DNA from: a virus
IMG/VR virus record: IMGVR_UViG_3300037264_006128
Span: 32,452-96,451 of that record
DNA length: 64,000 nt
Strand: one strand, 5' to 3'
The notes beneath the pieces were generated by a model. That model was not told where the DNA came from and searched no databases. It worked only from the letters and a program-made list of their open reading frames with translations. The position numbers were made by a program, and so were the translations under genes. Shown here piece by piece: positions 37,766-47,071 of this stretch. The first letter of the stretch is position 1, and every line of letters begins with the position of its first letter.

Positions 37766-39316
37766 TCAAGCCCGAACTGGAATGAACCCCAGATGCCCAT
37801 GCCCGCGGTAGTATCTACTTAGGGCCTGCGTCATGGCGTCCACCTGATCGTCGTACCGCCCGATAGGGAAGGCCGATGCCTCGTCTAGGAACGCTTCAAC
37901 CCACGGGGCGTGGGCCGGAACGTGAACGTTCCCAGCTTCCACCTTCGGTGCCACTGCGTTGCCACGGGCAATCTTCCCGCCCTCCGGCGGAACCCCGATC
38001 AAGCCAGGCACCTGGCTTTTAAGGGCATTGACGATCGCCGTTCCGTTGGCCTTGTCCTCCACCAACGTAACGTTGGCCTGCGGCCACCGGCGGTCCATGC
38101 GCAGCACCAAGGACAGGGACTGCGTGAACGTTGCCCGGACGCGGACCAGATCGAGCAGGAACGCATCGGCGCCCAGGAATCCCCAAACCTGCCCGGCGAC
38201 GTAACTCGAATCTGTGGTGTCCTTGAAGCTCATGTCCCAGCTGACCACGATTGTGTCTACGCGATCAGGCAGCTGCGCCTTGTGGTAACGCACGAAGCTG
38301 TCCCGCTTGAAGATGCCACCACCGATTGGAACGGGACGTTGCTGAAACTGCGCTGAAAAGGCCACGTCCCCCAGTGTAATCCGCAAACTCTCGGTCATTT
38401 CCCGACCGAGACGCTCTGGGCATAGAAGTTCCCCTTCTTCTGTGCGCGGGTCGATCCATCCTATAGACGTGGGCCTCTTGTTGCCCTCGAACTCGTTCGG
38501 GAAGGACAGAAGTTCCACGCCCGAGTCGATCAAGTAGGCGGCAAGGTCATCGTTGTGACCACGTTGCATGATCGTGACACGGCAGTCGCTTTGTTGGTCG
38601 TTTAATCTAGTGCTCCATACTTCTCGATACCACCTAATTACACCTTTGCGTATAGGTTCGCTATGTATCTCTTCCAAGTTGTGCGGGTCGTCGCAAACCA
38701 GAAAATTGGCGCCCTGCCCCGTAGAACTACCACCTACGCTTGTGCTTATACGAAAGCCGCTTTTATTGTTCTGGAAGTGCGACTTTATGTTCTGGTCTGT
38801 GGTCATCGAGAACTTCGCACCCCAATGCTCTTGATACCACGCGCTATCGAGAAGCCTACGCGAAGTTACTGCGTGCGCTAGGCTAAGGGAACTTGAATAC
38901 GAAGCGAACAAGAACCGCAAAGACGGATCTATCGTCCATGCCCAGCACGGCCACGCTATGGACGTTATGGTACTTTTCGAAAAGCGCGGTGGCACGTTTA
39001 TGAGCAAATTACGTATACGTCTGGACATGACAGCTTCCAAATGGTCGCATATAGCTGTCATGTGCCAAGACCATACTAATGGCGCCCCAGGCTCAATATA
39101 CGGCCACGCTTGCTTAAAGAACTCCGCCAGCGTCAGCGCGGGCGCAGCCACGCGCGGCGTTTCGCCGCGCAGCACCGCGTCTGGGTCGTCAGAAACGAGT
39201 CCTTCCGCAAGCCGCTTAATTGCCAGCTGGCGCGGCGAGAACTTGGGTTTGGACTTCGACTTCGATTGGGTCTTCGTAGATTTTTGGCTTTGGGGCATCG
39301 ATGCGTACCGGGGCAT
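37766..39316 (-). CDS. terL: Terminase large subunit
   Basis: LLINVPPRFSKS (Walker A), LVCDDPH (Walker B), SWD, VEDKANG, DDQVDAMTQ nuclease motifs. Confidence 0.96.
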   Translation of the reverse strand: MPRYASMPQSQKSTKTQSKSKSKPKFSPRQLAIKRLAEGLVSDDPDAVLRGETPRVAAPALTLAEFFKQAWPYIEPGAPLVWSWHMTAICDHLEAVMSRRIRNLLINVPPRFSKSTITSIAWPCWAWTIDPSLRFLFASYSSSLSLAHAVTSRRLLDSAWYQEHWGAKFSMTTDQNIKSHFQNNKSGFRISTSVGGSSTGQGANFLVCDDPHNLEEIHSEPIRKGVIRWYREVWSTRLNDQQSDCRVTIMQRGHNDDLAAYLIDSGVELLSFPNEFEGNKRPTSIGWIDPRTEEGELLCPERLGREMTESLRITLGDVAFSAQFQQRPVPIGGGIFKRDSFVRYHKAQLPDRVDTIVVSWDMSFKDTTDSSYVAGQVWGFLGADAFLLDLVRVRATFTQSLSLVLRMDRRWPQANVTLVEDKANGTAIVNALKSQVPGLIGVPPEGGKIARGNAVAPKVEAGNVHVPAHAPWVEAFLDEASAFPIGRYDDQVDAMTQALSRYYRGHGHLGFIPVRA

Positions 39317-40325
39317 GAACCAGCGTGGTTATCTTCGCGCTGATCCGCTTCATCGCAGCAGGATCAGTCACTTCCTCCCTCAGAATCCAAACCAGCTGGT
39401 GCATGATCTGCAAGAACTCCTGCACGCTGATCAGGTTTTCCAGTTCCGTCTGCCGCTTGCGTTCCGTCTCTACCAGCTTCCTTCGTTGCTCGAACACCAT
39501 CTGCAACTCAGCCCATACGGCGGAATCGTTTTTGCGGTACAGGGCTTTGCGCATCTCCTCGACGTGCACTTGCGCCCCTTCGTAGTCCTGCCGGCGCATC
39601 GCCAGTTCCCACCGTTCGAACGCTTGCTTGGCCTGCACCCAACCCGGGCGGCTTTCGCCGGATTCCAGCTTTTCTAGCAGTTCGCAGGATCGCGCATCGA
39701 GCAGTGCGATCTCCTCCTGAAGCTCAAGTAGGTCGTCGGAAAGCCGCGACTTCTCGTACCGATCGGAAAGCCCGTGCGGAACTGCCTTACTGTACCTGGC
39801 AATCTTAGTCATGTGATTCAGAACCCCCATCAGGGCCTTGCCGCCGTGGAACCGGCACACGTGCCTGCCGCGGATAGACCAGTGCTTGCACCGGAACCGC
39901 CTCCCCCCATACTTCGTCACCCTTGGGGTCTTCCACGTGTGCGTGCACTGCTTCAGTCTCAAGGGCCCCTTCCAGTAGCGAATCATCACCATGAAGCGCT
40001 TGATCGCCTTGAACGTGTACGCATGCCGCTGCATGGCCTCGCGGAACTCCTGGTTCTTCCTGGCCATGATCAGGATATCCCGGCGCGTGAAGGGGCTGGT
40101 GAACTCCTTCGGGAGGAGCAGCTTCATTTCGAAGATCTTCTCCTCCACGAACATCTCGTGTTCGGCCAGGATGGCGCAGCGTTCTTCCCACGGCAGGGTG
40201 GTGTTGAGGCCGCGGATCTGTGCGGCCCTGCGGTTGTACGCTTCTTTCCATTCCGGCGTGCGCTTTTCGTCCGGCATGTTGTCCATGTCGAACTCTAGGC
40301 GCAGGATATCGATCTCTCTCATCAC
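39216..40325 (-). CDS. Putative terminase small subunit (HGG Cys/His motif) with N-terminal extension
   Basis: C..WSIRGRHVCRFHGG...RYSK...LELQEEIALL; directly upstream of terL. Confidence 0.65.
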   Translation of the reverse strand: MMREIDILRLEFDMDNMPDEKRTPEWKEAYNRRAAQIRGLNTTLPWEERCAILAEHEMFVEEKIFEMKLLLPKEFTSPFTRRDILIMARKNQEFREAMQRHAYTFKAIKRFMVMIRYWKGPLRLKQCTHTWKTPRVTKYGGRRFRCKHWSIRGRHVCRFHGGKALMGVLNHMTKIARYSKAVPHGLSDRYEKSRLSDDLLELQEEIALLDARSCELLEKLESGESRPGWVQAKQAFERWELAMRRQDYEGAQVHVEEMRKALYRKNDSAVWAELQMVFEQRRKLVETERKRQTELENLISVQEFLQIMHQLVWILREEVTDPAAMKRISAKITTLVHAPVRIDAPKPKIYEDPIEVEVQTQVLAAPAGN

Positions 40326-43231
40326 TCATTTGCGGTTGCAATCGCCATCCCTTCTACTTCAACCGGCCCGCAGGCGCGCGTTGCAGCAAGCGGATCGCCT
40401 TTGCAAAAGACGAGGACGGTTTGATGCGAATGACCAAGTTTGCGGGCTTGCTGAAATTGGGCCTGAACTCGCAGCGGTAGGCTCCCAACCGGGGAAACGA
40501 TGATCGCCTCATTGTACAGCATTGCCCCAGCCGCTTCGAAAGCCGCAATCGCGTCCTTTGCGAACTTTCGATAGAATCCGGTCTTCTTGTCTCGGAAGTT
40601 CCCCACCACCACCATCGCGAAGCGATCGTTTTTCAGCGCCATCACAGCCTGCGCCACGATGGACGAAAAGGCCAGCATGAAGTCTTCGTACGACGGTGCG
40701 TTGCTTAGGTCTAGCGGATCGTCTGTGTAGATTTCCAAGTCCCCGTAAGGCGGACAGGTCATAATCATGTCAACCTGCTCCGCAATCCCCGCATTTCCCA
40801 GCACGGTTGCCAGATTGCGGCTGTCCCCTTGCAGCCACACCGGGGCCGGGAAGTCCGTTTCCGCTTGCGTCGGCAGTTCGCCGGATGCCTGCCCAGCTTC
40901 GCGGGTAACGGTATCGGCAGCCATCGCCGCAAGCGTTGCTGCCTGCCCCGGCGGGTTTGCATTCTCCCGTTCCTGCTTCTTTTCCCCCAGGTAACACTGC
41001 CAAACGTTTTCCGGCACGATAACTTCGATGTCCTCGCCCCGCACAACCCCATCGCGGATGCGTGTGTATTCCTCCTCCCCAAACAGCAACGTCAAGTTAC
41101 GGGCTAGGGCGTCAACTAGCATCGGCCCATTCCCGTGGGCCGTCTTGCAACAGCTGGTCTTCTGGGTGGTTCGGTTGTGTAGCACCACCGTTCCATTCTC
41201 GTTCAGGCGCAGCGGGTACAGATGGCACGTCACTGGGCGATCATCCCCCAGGGAACACCCTTGCGGCGTCAGGTGCGCGCAGGCCATGCCGGGGGTTGCC
41301 CGGGGCGGCCAGTATCCAACAGCATTGCAACACCCACCGCCGCAGCGGTCCCGGATTCCTTCCGCCGTGCAGTCGTGATTCCTTCGCAGCCAGGCAGCAC
41401 TGAACTTCCAGCGGACGGTGTTGCCGCTGGCCCCGGGGACCGCCACGCGCCTACCGACGCTCATCGTTTGCCGCACCCCGACCATCCACAGGAGGTCCCC
41501 ATCGTCAAGAAACGGAACGCACTTCGCTTCGTACACCGGATCCAGATTCAGACCGCCCCACGCGCGGTCCTGCGCCGGGGCCCACTGGTGGTAGTCGATC
41601 TGGGCATTCACCAATGTGCACATCTGCCGCCACAGGGGCGGGGCGTAAGCGTCAAGGCGGGCAGTTGGGTCCGCCCCTACCACAACCCCCAGCACCGGGA
41701 TGGTGATCCCCTTTTCCTGAAGGCCACGAAGGATGCCGGAAAGCGTCATCCCACTTCCAACCGGCACCACGATCCTCCGTACCCCATCCGGGAAACGATC
41801 TGGGATTTCCGTCGCCGTTTGTTCTGGCGCCTCTCGGCATTCCATCCCGAACGGAATCAGCCGCCACCCGGAACGCGCTTCGCAGTCTTCACGTGCGCGT
41901 GCCACGATCACGCTGTTATGCCCGGGGCTATGCTGGATCACTTCAGCCCCAGCGTTCGCTGCGGCCCGGATCTCCGGCGTCCATTCCCCTTCCGGCGTAT
42001 GCACCCGGCACGGGATTTCCAGGCCACGCGCGATGTGCGCCACGATCGCCACCTGTGGGCTTTGCCTGGAACCGGCCGTGATCAGGCCGGCCGGGATTTC
42101 CCCCGCAGAAGCGATGTGGAAGCACGTACGGGCCTTTCCCCCGCGCACCCCAGCGATGGCGTACAGATCATCCCGCTTCGCCCAGATCGACTTCCCGCCG
42201 ATCGTTTCCGGCGCAACCTGTTCGATCGGGGTTTGCCCCCCGTTCCAATCCGGCGCGGCTTCCCACACCACCTGCCCCCCGAACACCTGGCGCACCCGCG
42301 GGCCAACCTCTTTCCACTGTTCGTCGTTCGCATCGCATTGATCTTGCCGCAGGTCCACACCGATGTACTTCCGCCCCAGGGCCGCCGCCACAATCCCACG
42401 CACGCTTCCGCCAGCGAAAGGGTCCAGCACGACTCCCGCAATCGGGCAGAACCATCGATACGCCAGCTCCGCCACCACGGGATCAAAGATGCTGATATTC
42501 TGAACGTCGGCATCCGACGCTGTGCGGCGGGTAGTGATCTGGAACGTGGGCAGCTTCATCTCCGGCCGCCCCAGTTCGCTGCGAATCCCCAAAGAAAGCC
42601 ACGCCCGCTTACGTTCGATCCAGTACCCCTGCCTGCCATCCCACACCGTGAAGGGCGGGATCAGGAACCGTTGGGCAAGGCTACCCACCACGCCATCGCA
42701 GTATCGTTCGTCAGGCGTCAGGCCGTCCGAGTACACGTTCAGATCACCCGGCTGCCGCTGCGTGGCAACCCGGCGCGCGTTAAGCTCCTGCAGCTGCTCC
42801 GTAGAAAAGATCCCCTGCGTTGCGCCAGCCTTCGCCAGCATTTGAAGGCGGTCCACGTTCCACGTTGCCAGTTCCGCCGTGCGGTTGTCGTACAAGGCAA
42901 GGCGCTTCTTCTGTTCTTCGGTAAGGCCCGTACGTCGAACGGCAACCAGTTCGTCAGCTTTGGCATCGACGATACGAACCTTCTTGACGCCAGCTTCCAA
43001 CGCCCCCAGCTGCGTAGCGTTCCCGGCCAGGATCACGTTGTTCTCGTCGATCACGATACTGCGCGCCGTACCCACTTCGCGGATCGAACCGGCAATCATG
43101 CCGATGTTCTCCAGCGTGTGATCCCGGGCATTCTCGGGGTCTTGCACCAGCTTGTTCAGCTTCTTGTAGGTATCGCGTTCGACCGGTTCGCCTTCGCACT
43201 CGTCGTCTTCCACCTGATCGTCAGTCGGCAT
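40322..43231 (-). CDS. ParB-like / DNA methyltransferase fusion with inserted PLP enzyme and YkgJ-like Cys domain
   Basis: ParB (DPENARDH, IVIDENNVILAGN, LYDNRTAELATW); MTase motif I LDPFAGGSVRG; KRDDL..GGKAR, VPVGSGMT, LDPVYEAK; CGGGCC, CAHL...GC...RPVTCHLYP; MTase motif IV MTCPPY. Confidence 0.88.
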   Translation of the reverse strand: MPTDDQVEDDECEGEPVERDTYKKLNKLVQDPENARDHTLENIGMIAGSIREVGTARSIVIDENNVILAGNATQLGALEAGVKKVRIVDAKADELVAVRRTGLTEEQKKRLALYDNRTAELATWNVDRLQMLAKAGATQGIFSTEQLQELNARRVATQRQPGDLNVYSDGLTPDERYCDGVVGSLAQRFLIPPFTVWDGRQGYWIERKRAWLSLGIRSELGRPEMKLPTFQITTRRTASDADVQNISIFDPVVAELAYRWFCPIAGVVLDPFAGGSVRGIVAAALGRKYIGVDLRQDQCDANDEQWKEVGPRVRQVFGGQVVWEAAPDWNGGQTPIEQVAPETIGGKSIWAKRDDLYAIAGVRGGKARTCFHIASAGEIPAGLITAGSRQSPQVAIVAHIARGLEIPCRVHTPEGEWTPEIRAAANAGAEVIQHSPGHNSVIVARAREDCEARSGWRLIPFGMECREAPEQTATEIPDRFPDGVRRIVVPVGSGMTLSGILRGLQEKGITIPVLGVVVGADPTARLDAYAPPLWRQMCTLVNAQIDYHQWAPAQDRAWGGLNLDPVYEAKCVPFLDDGDLLWMVGVRQTMSVGRRVAVPGASGNTVRWKFSAAWLRRNHDCTAEGIRDRCGGGCCNAVGYWPPRATPGMACAHLTPQGCSLGDDRPVTCHLYPLRLNENGTVVLHNRTTQKTSCCKTAHGNGPMLVDALARNLTLLFGEEEYTRIRDGVVRGEDIEVIVPENVWQCYLGEKKQERENANPPGQAATLAAMAADTVTREAGQASGELPTQAETDFPAPVWLQGDSRNLATVLGNAGIAEQVDMIMTCPPYGDLEIYTDDPLDLSNAPSYEDFMLAFSSIVAQAVMALKNDRFAMVVVGNFRDKKTGFYRKFAKDAIAAFEAAGAMLYNEAIIVSPVGSLPLRVQAQFQQARKLGHSHQTVLVFCKGDPLAATRACGPVEVEGMAIATANE

Positions 43232-43901
43232 ATTCGATCCCCTTCGCCCTCGGGAACTTCTCGTACGGTGTGGTTGGTTCCCACTTAGCCATCCGTACCG
43301 GCTTCCCTAGATCATAGTCCTCTTGTGCCTGGTAACGCCAGTGCGTAACCGCACCTAGGCAAACTATTCTCGGCTGCGGGTCCATTTCCCCCACCTGCCA
43401 CCAGAAGCGCAGATCGCTACCGTGCCCTTTCGTTGCCTGCCGCCGCGGGTCCGGGTGCCAGCCGATAGGGGATAGATCGAAGGAAAATCTGGCTGGGGCA
43501 AAGATGCTCCGTTTCCCCCAGTCGGTCATCTCCCGAAGCAGGTCGATCGATACCCGCAGCATCACCGTCCCGGAAAACAGGAACATCCCTTCCCTATTGC
43601 TGTGCAGGTTCCATTGCCCATTGCGGCACGGGGCAGCGGCGAAAAGTATCGTTTTGGTGTGGTTCGCGGGGGACATCGCCAGATCCCAGATCCGGGCATC
43701 CGCCGTGATGTCGTCTTCGATCAGCAACAGATCCCGGCCCTCCCCCATGGCGATCCTTACCGCTTCGTTCTTTGCCTCCGCCGCCGGCAATCCCGACACA
43801 AGCCGGAATATCCCCCCGTGCCTGTATGCGTGCGCGACCGCTTCCGACAAGCACAAGGCCGGGCACACCCCGCGGGTGATAACTACGGCTACGGGGTACA
43901 T
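43221..43901 (-). CDS. Putative GT-A fold glycosyltransferase
   Basis: AKNEAV...LLLIEDDI (DxD-like)...GSDLRF; inside the glycan operon. Confidence 0.55.
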   Translation of the reverse strand: MYPVAVVITRGVCPALCLSEAVAHAYRHGGIFRLVSGLPAAEAKNEAVRIAMGEGRDLLLIEDDITADARIWDLAMSPANHTKTILFAAAPCRNGQWNLHSNREGMFLFSGTVMLRVSIDLLREMTDWGKRSIFAPARFSFDLSPIGWHPDPRRQATKGHGSDLRFWWQVGEMDPQPRIVCLGAVTHWRYQAQEDYDLGKPVRMAKWEPTTPYEKFPRAKGIEYAD

Positions 43902-44761
43902 TTCAGGAGGCTTTCTGTGACTTCGACAACCATCGCCGGATCGATACCTTGGCACTTCCAGTCCGTGCACTTGTGCCAAACTGGGGTCGAAACACACGGC
44001 TGGCATACGTAGTTCGTGTGCAGCTTGTAGGTAGGGCGGCCGACCGGATCGCCCTTCATGGCGCTTACGGCAGTATACAGAACGACGGTTGGCACCCCAA
44101 GGGAAGACGCCATGTGCACCTGCCCACTGTCGATGCCAACGATCACCCGGCACATCGCCAGGTGTTCCGGCAGCTGCACCAACGGAACGTTCCCGATCAC
44201 CTGCGTGTCGTCAATCCCTTCTGTGTCCATCGGAACCCCAATCGCCGCAACGTTCAACCCTTTCGCGCGGAGCATCTTCGATACTTCACCCATGGCCGGG
44301 TAACGCTTCCGCGCCCAAACGGAACTTGGTTTGCACCCATTGACCAGCCCAACATCGAACCGTGGCACCGTGCGATGCAAGCCGGAACACCAGTTGGAAA
44401 CATCGATCAGGCCGGGGCTGCCGATCATCTTGCACGGCAGTTCCCATTCCGGGCATTCGTAAACAGGCTCGTGCAACCACCGTGCGTGCATCAGGAGGGG
44501 GAACCCGCGCAGCTTCCTGGGGCACCAATGCCCAGAGATGTAGAAGTCTGCCTGCGGAACGTCTTCCCACCGACCGTCCAGCACCCGTTCCGCGAAAGCG
44601 CACCGGTTCCACAGGGGCGTCATGTCGTAGTCGCCATCCACGAACAGCGTGATGCGCGCTCCGGCCGTGCGCAGCTTCTTGATCGCAGGAAGGCAAAAGA
44701 TCGAATTCCCGATCCCGGAACTCAACCCGAAGACGACACTTTTTCCAGCAAACTGCTCCAT
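43889..44761 (-). CDS. Glycosyltransferase family 9 (heptosyltransferase-like)
   Basis: GIGN...LPAI, KRYP, VGIDSGQVHMASSLGVPTVVLY, CQPC...C..WKC. Confidence 0.9.
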   Translation of the reverse strand: MEQFAGKSVVFGLSSGIGNSIFCLPAIKKLRTAGARITLFVDGDYDMTPLWNRCAFAERVLDGRWEDVPQADFYISGHWCPRKLRGFPLLMHARWLHEPVYECPEWELPCKMIGSPGLIDVSNWCSGLHRTVPRFDVGLVNGCKPSSVWARKRYPAMGEVSKMLRAKGLNVAAIGVPMDTEGIDDTQVIGNVPLVQLPEHLAMCRVIVGIDSGQVHMASSLGVPTVVLYTAVSAMKGDPVGRPTYKLHTNYVCQPCVSTPVWHKCTDWKCQGIDPAMVVEVTESLLKCTP

Positions 44762-45606
44762 GCTTTTGCCCACACCTCGAATCCGTAGTTGCCGTAGAAG
44801 GATGGATGGAAGCGCCCGCGCGCCATTGCGGCAAGCACGATCCCGGCGATCTGCCCCGGCTCTGCGTCCAGGGGAATTACATGCGCCCGGAATTCCGCTG
44901 CGTTCCCCACCGGGGTACTGATCACAGTCAGGCCGGCAGCTTCCGCATCAGCAACCGAATACGAACCGCCTTCGCTCAACGACAGGCACAGGTAGCCATC
45001 TGCCTTAGCGTACGTGATGGCCCGCTGCACATCGGTCGTAAAGTGCAGCGGAACGAACTCGAACTGCGGGAGCAAACGAGCAACGCTTTCCCACAGTCCC
45101 GCCCCCTTGTTAGCGTCCCTGAAGTCCCCAACGATTCGCAATCTGTCCCGCCCCATCTTCCGGCCAGTGGGCTTTCGTTTGATAGGCGGTACCCAGTTCA
45201 CGATCACCGTGGCGTAATCCAGGGGCAGACCGTAGTGGCGGCAGAACTGATCCCGCACCCAAGCGGAAGGCGCCACGTAGGTCCGGTTGGGTTTGTCGAA
45301 CATCTTCCGTTGGCCGTTGCAGATCTCAAGCGTTCTGCGCGTGCGCCATTCTGGGTCGCGGTCGTAATGGCACTGCGCCATCCCGTGGTGCGTGACCACG
45401 GTGCGAATATCGTCGGGCACAAGCAACGAAAGGTGGTTGTCCACAATCACGATGTCGTCACGATCGAACCGCGGAAGCTCGTCCGGTGTGATGGATTCCA
45501 GCCCCGGAATCGCCATCCGCAAGTAGGAATCAAACCGCACCACCCCCGTACGGATCTGCCCCGGCGGGACATCTTCTTGCCGCTTCGCTACCAGGGAATA
45601 GATCAC
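44722..45606 (-). CDS. Glycosyltransferase family 4 (GT-B)
   Basis: GVVRF, VAPSAW, VIVNWV, LSLSEGGSYSVADAEAAGLTVISTPVG (EX7E-like); GTG start overlapping the upstream stop. Confidence 0.82.
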   Translation of the reverse strand: MIYSLVAKRQEDVPPGQIRTGVVRFDSYLRMAIPGLESITPDELPRFDRDDIVIVDNHLSLLVPDDIRTVVTHHGMAQCHYDRDPEWRTRRTLEICNGQRKMFDKPNRTYVAPSAWVRDQFCRHYGLPLDYATVIVNWVPPIKRKPTGRKMGRDRLRIVGDFRDANKGAGLWESVARLLPQFEFVPLHFTTDVQRAITYAKADGYLCLSLSEGGSYSVADAEAAGLTVISTPVGNAAEFRAHVIPLDAEPGQIAGIVLAAMARGRFHPSFYGNYGFEVWAKAWSSLLEKVSSSG

Positions 45607-46361
45607 TGCTTGCCCACACACGCCGCCGCAATGAATCCCTCTGGCGAAAGCGCATACGGCGCAATCATTGCGGCAAGTGCTTCTACCCCTTTGAACAACG
45701 GGGCGGAAGTGACCTCCCACGGAATATGCACAACAATCACGGCAAAACCGGGAGTCTCCAGCATGCCAGGAATCGTTTCGAGCAACGGCGCCACAGTGCC
45801 TTCGCCCATCCGCTTGCACGTCGCCCCGTACAGTGGGTACCAGGATGGAATGAACGTCGTGCCACGCGCCGGGTATGGCGGCGGAGGGGTGTCCCACCGC
45901 GAGGGAGAAACGTCGTCGTGGTTTGCGCCGCCCCAAACGTAGTCTATTTCCTCCGCGTGCAAGATATCCAAGGTCTCGCAAGTCACGGCGTTGAATGGCG
46001 GAACGTAGTGCCTGGTTTTGCTTCCCGTGCAGTCGAGCAAGAGCGCCTGCCCTGCCGCAACCCGCGCCCTTTGCTGATCGGGCGTAAGGCAGTGAAATTC
46101 GTGCCGTACACCGCCGGAGGTCGTATGGTCCCAGCCGTGCAGTGCGACGGTTAAACCATCCGGCTTGCTAGAGAGCCATTGCTTGGCTTCAACGTCGTTC
46201 ACAACGGAAGCCGGGATCAGCGCCCCAAGGTACGGAACCCCATTCATCGCATCGTGGAATGCCCGGGCCAGCCGCAGCCCAGTATCAGGCTTTTTGAGCG
46301 GGAAGTCATCAGCGGCATCGCCAGAGAAGCCAATGTCATCGACCCTTGTCAGAAATCTCAT
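45603..46361 (-). CDS. Polysaccharide deacetylase-like protein (DUF2334/NodB fold)
   Basis: RVDD, ALHGWDH, YVPPFN motifs. Confidence 0.82.
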   Translation of the reverse strand: MRFLTRVDDIGFSGDAADDFPLKKPDTGLRLARAFHDAMNGVPYLGALIPASVVNDVEAKQWLSSKPDGLTVALHGWDHTTSGGVRHEFHCLTPDQQRARVAAGQALLLDCTGSKTRHYVPPFNAVTCETLDILHAEEIDYVWGGANHDDVSPSRWDTPPPPYPARGTTFIPSWYPLYGATCKRMGEGTVAPLLETIPGMLETPGFAVIVVHIPWEVTSAPLFKGVEALAAMIAPYALSPEGFIAAACVGKQ

Positions 46362-47068
46362 TCACGGCCTCCTGCATTGCCCCAAATAAAGTCGCCAGCT
46401 TTCCCCCCTACCATGAAGAGTAGGTCCACAATGGACACCTGCGGATCGTACGGAGGGTAAAGCTGTGGGTATTCTGGATAATCGTAAGTCATGTACTCAA
46501 GGCCGATTCCGGCGATGTGGAACTTCTCCTCCTCTAGGTAGTTGCTGGCGGCTGGCCCGGTGATGTAGTGCGTCGCCTTCAATTGCCCGAGAATCGATAA
46601 AAGCCGGTCAGTTTTTTCCCCTTCCGCGTCAAGGGTAGACGACCGCACGAATTTCGTATCGCGAATGCCAAGCAACCAAGAAAGCTCAATGGTCAGGTCA
46701 ATTACGAAATCCGCCAGGAATTCCGGCTGCCGCTCGTAAAAGTTCCTTATAGCATGGCCGTATTCGCTGAAGCATGGGGCCCTTCCATAGGACTGCTCGA
46801 TTGTCATCCAATGCTTCCTGCCCCACCGCTCTGCCTGCGAAACGCGGATCTCGTTTGTTTTTCTGCCATCCGCCACGTTGCCTTTGCTTTGCACGGGAAT
46901 CGTCAACCACCTGCTTCCCTGCGCCGTCTTCACGCGATTGCGGTTACGCCAGCCATGCTTGTCGTACTGTACGTCATCGTAGAATACGAATGTGTCGGCA
47001 CGGTATATCTGGTGGAAGTGCCCTCGCCACGGCACGTACGATGGCTGTAGGATCACGCACTTCATCAC
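46358..47068 (-). CDS. wbqC: WbqC-family protein
   Basis: ILQPSYVPWRG, YDDVQY...WRNRNRVK, YITGPAA.NYL, SIVDLLF. Confidence 0.93.
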   Translation of the reverse strand: MMKCVILQPSYVPWRGHFHQIYRADTFVFYDDVQYDKHGWRNRNRVKTAQGSRWLTIPVQSKGNVADGRKTNEIRVSQAERWGRKHWMTIEQSYGRAPCFSEYGHAIRNFYERQPEFLADFVIDLTIELSWLLGIRDTKFVRSSTLDAEGEKTDRLLSILGQLKATHYITGPAASNYLEEEKFHIAGIGLEYMTYDYPEYPQLYPPYDPQVSIVDLLFMVGGKAGDFIWGNAGGRE

Positions 47069-47071
47069 ACC

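Noticed and set aside
37740-37769. TTGACA upstream of the portal gene as a promoter
   Set aside because: Overlaps the terL stop codon and has no plausible -10 at 16-18 bp
40970-42240. Insertion in the methylase as an intein
   Set aside because: No C/S start, no HN-C/S/T end, no LAGLIDADG motifs; the insert has PLP-enzyme and Cys-cluster motifs instead
41222-43288. Long plus-strand ORFs (688 aa here; also 33934-35292, 27699-29120, 31864-33201, 31083-32285)
   Set aside because: Antisense shadows of well-supported genes in high-GC DNA; no recognisable motifs or RBS
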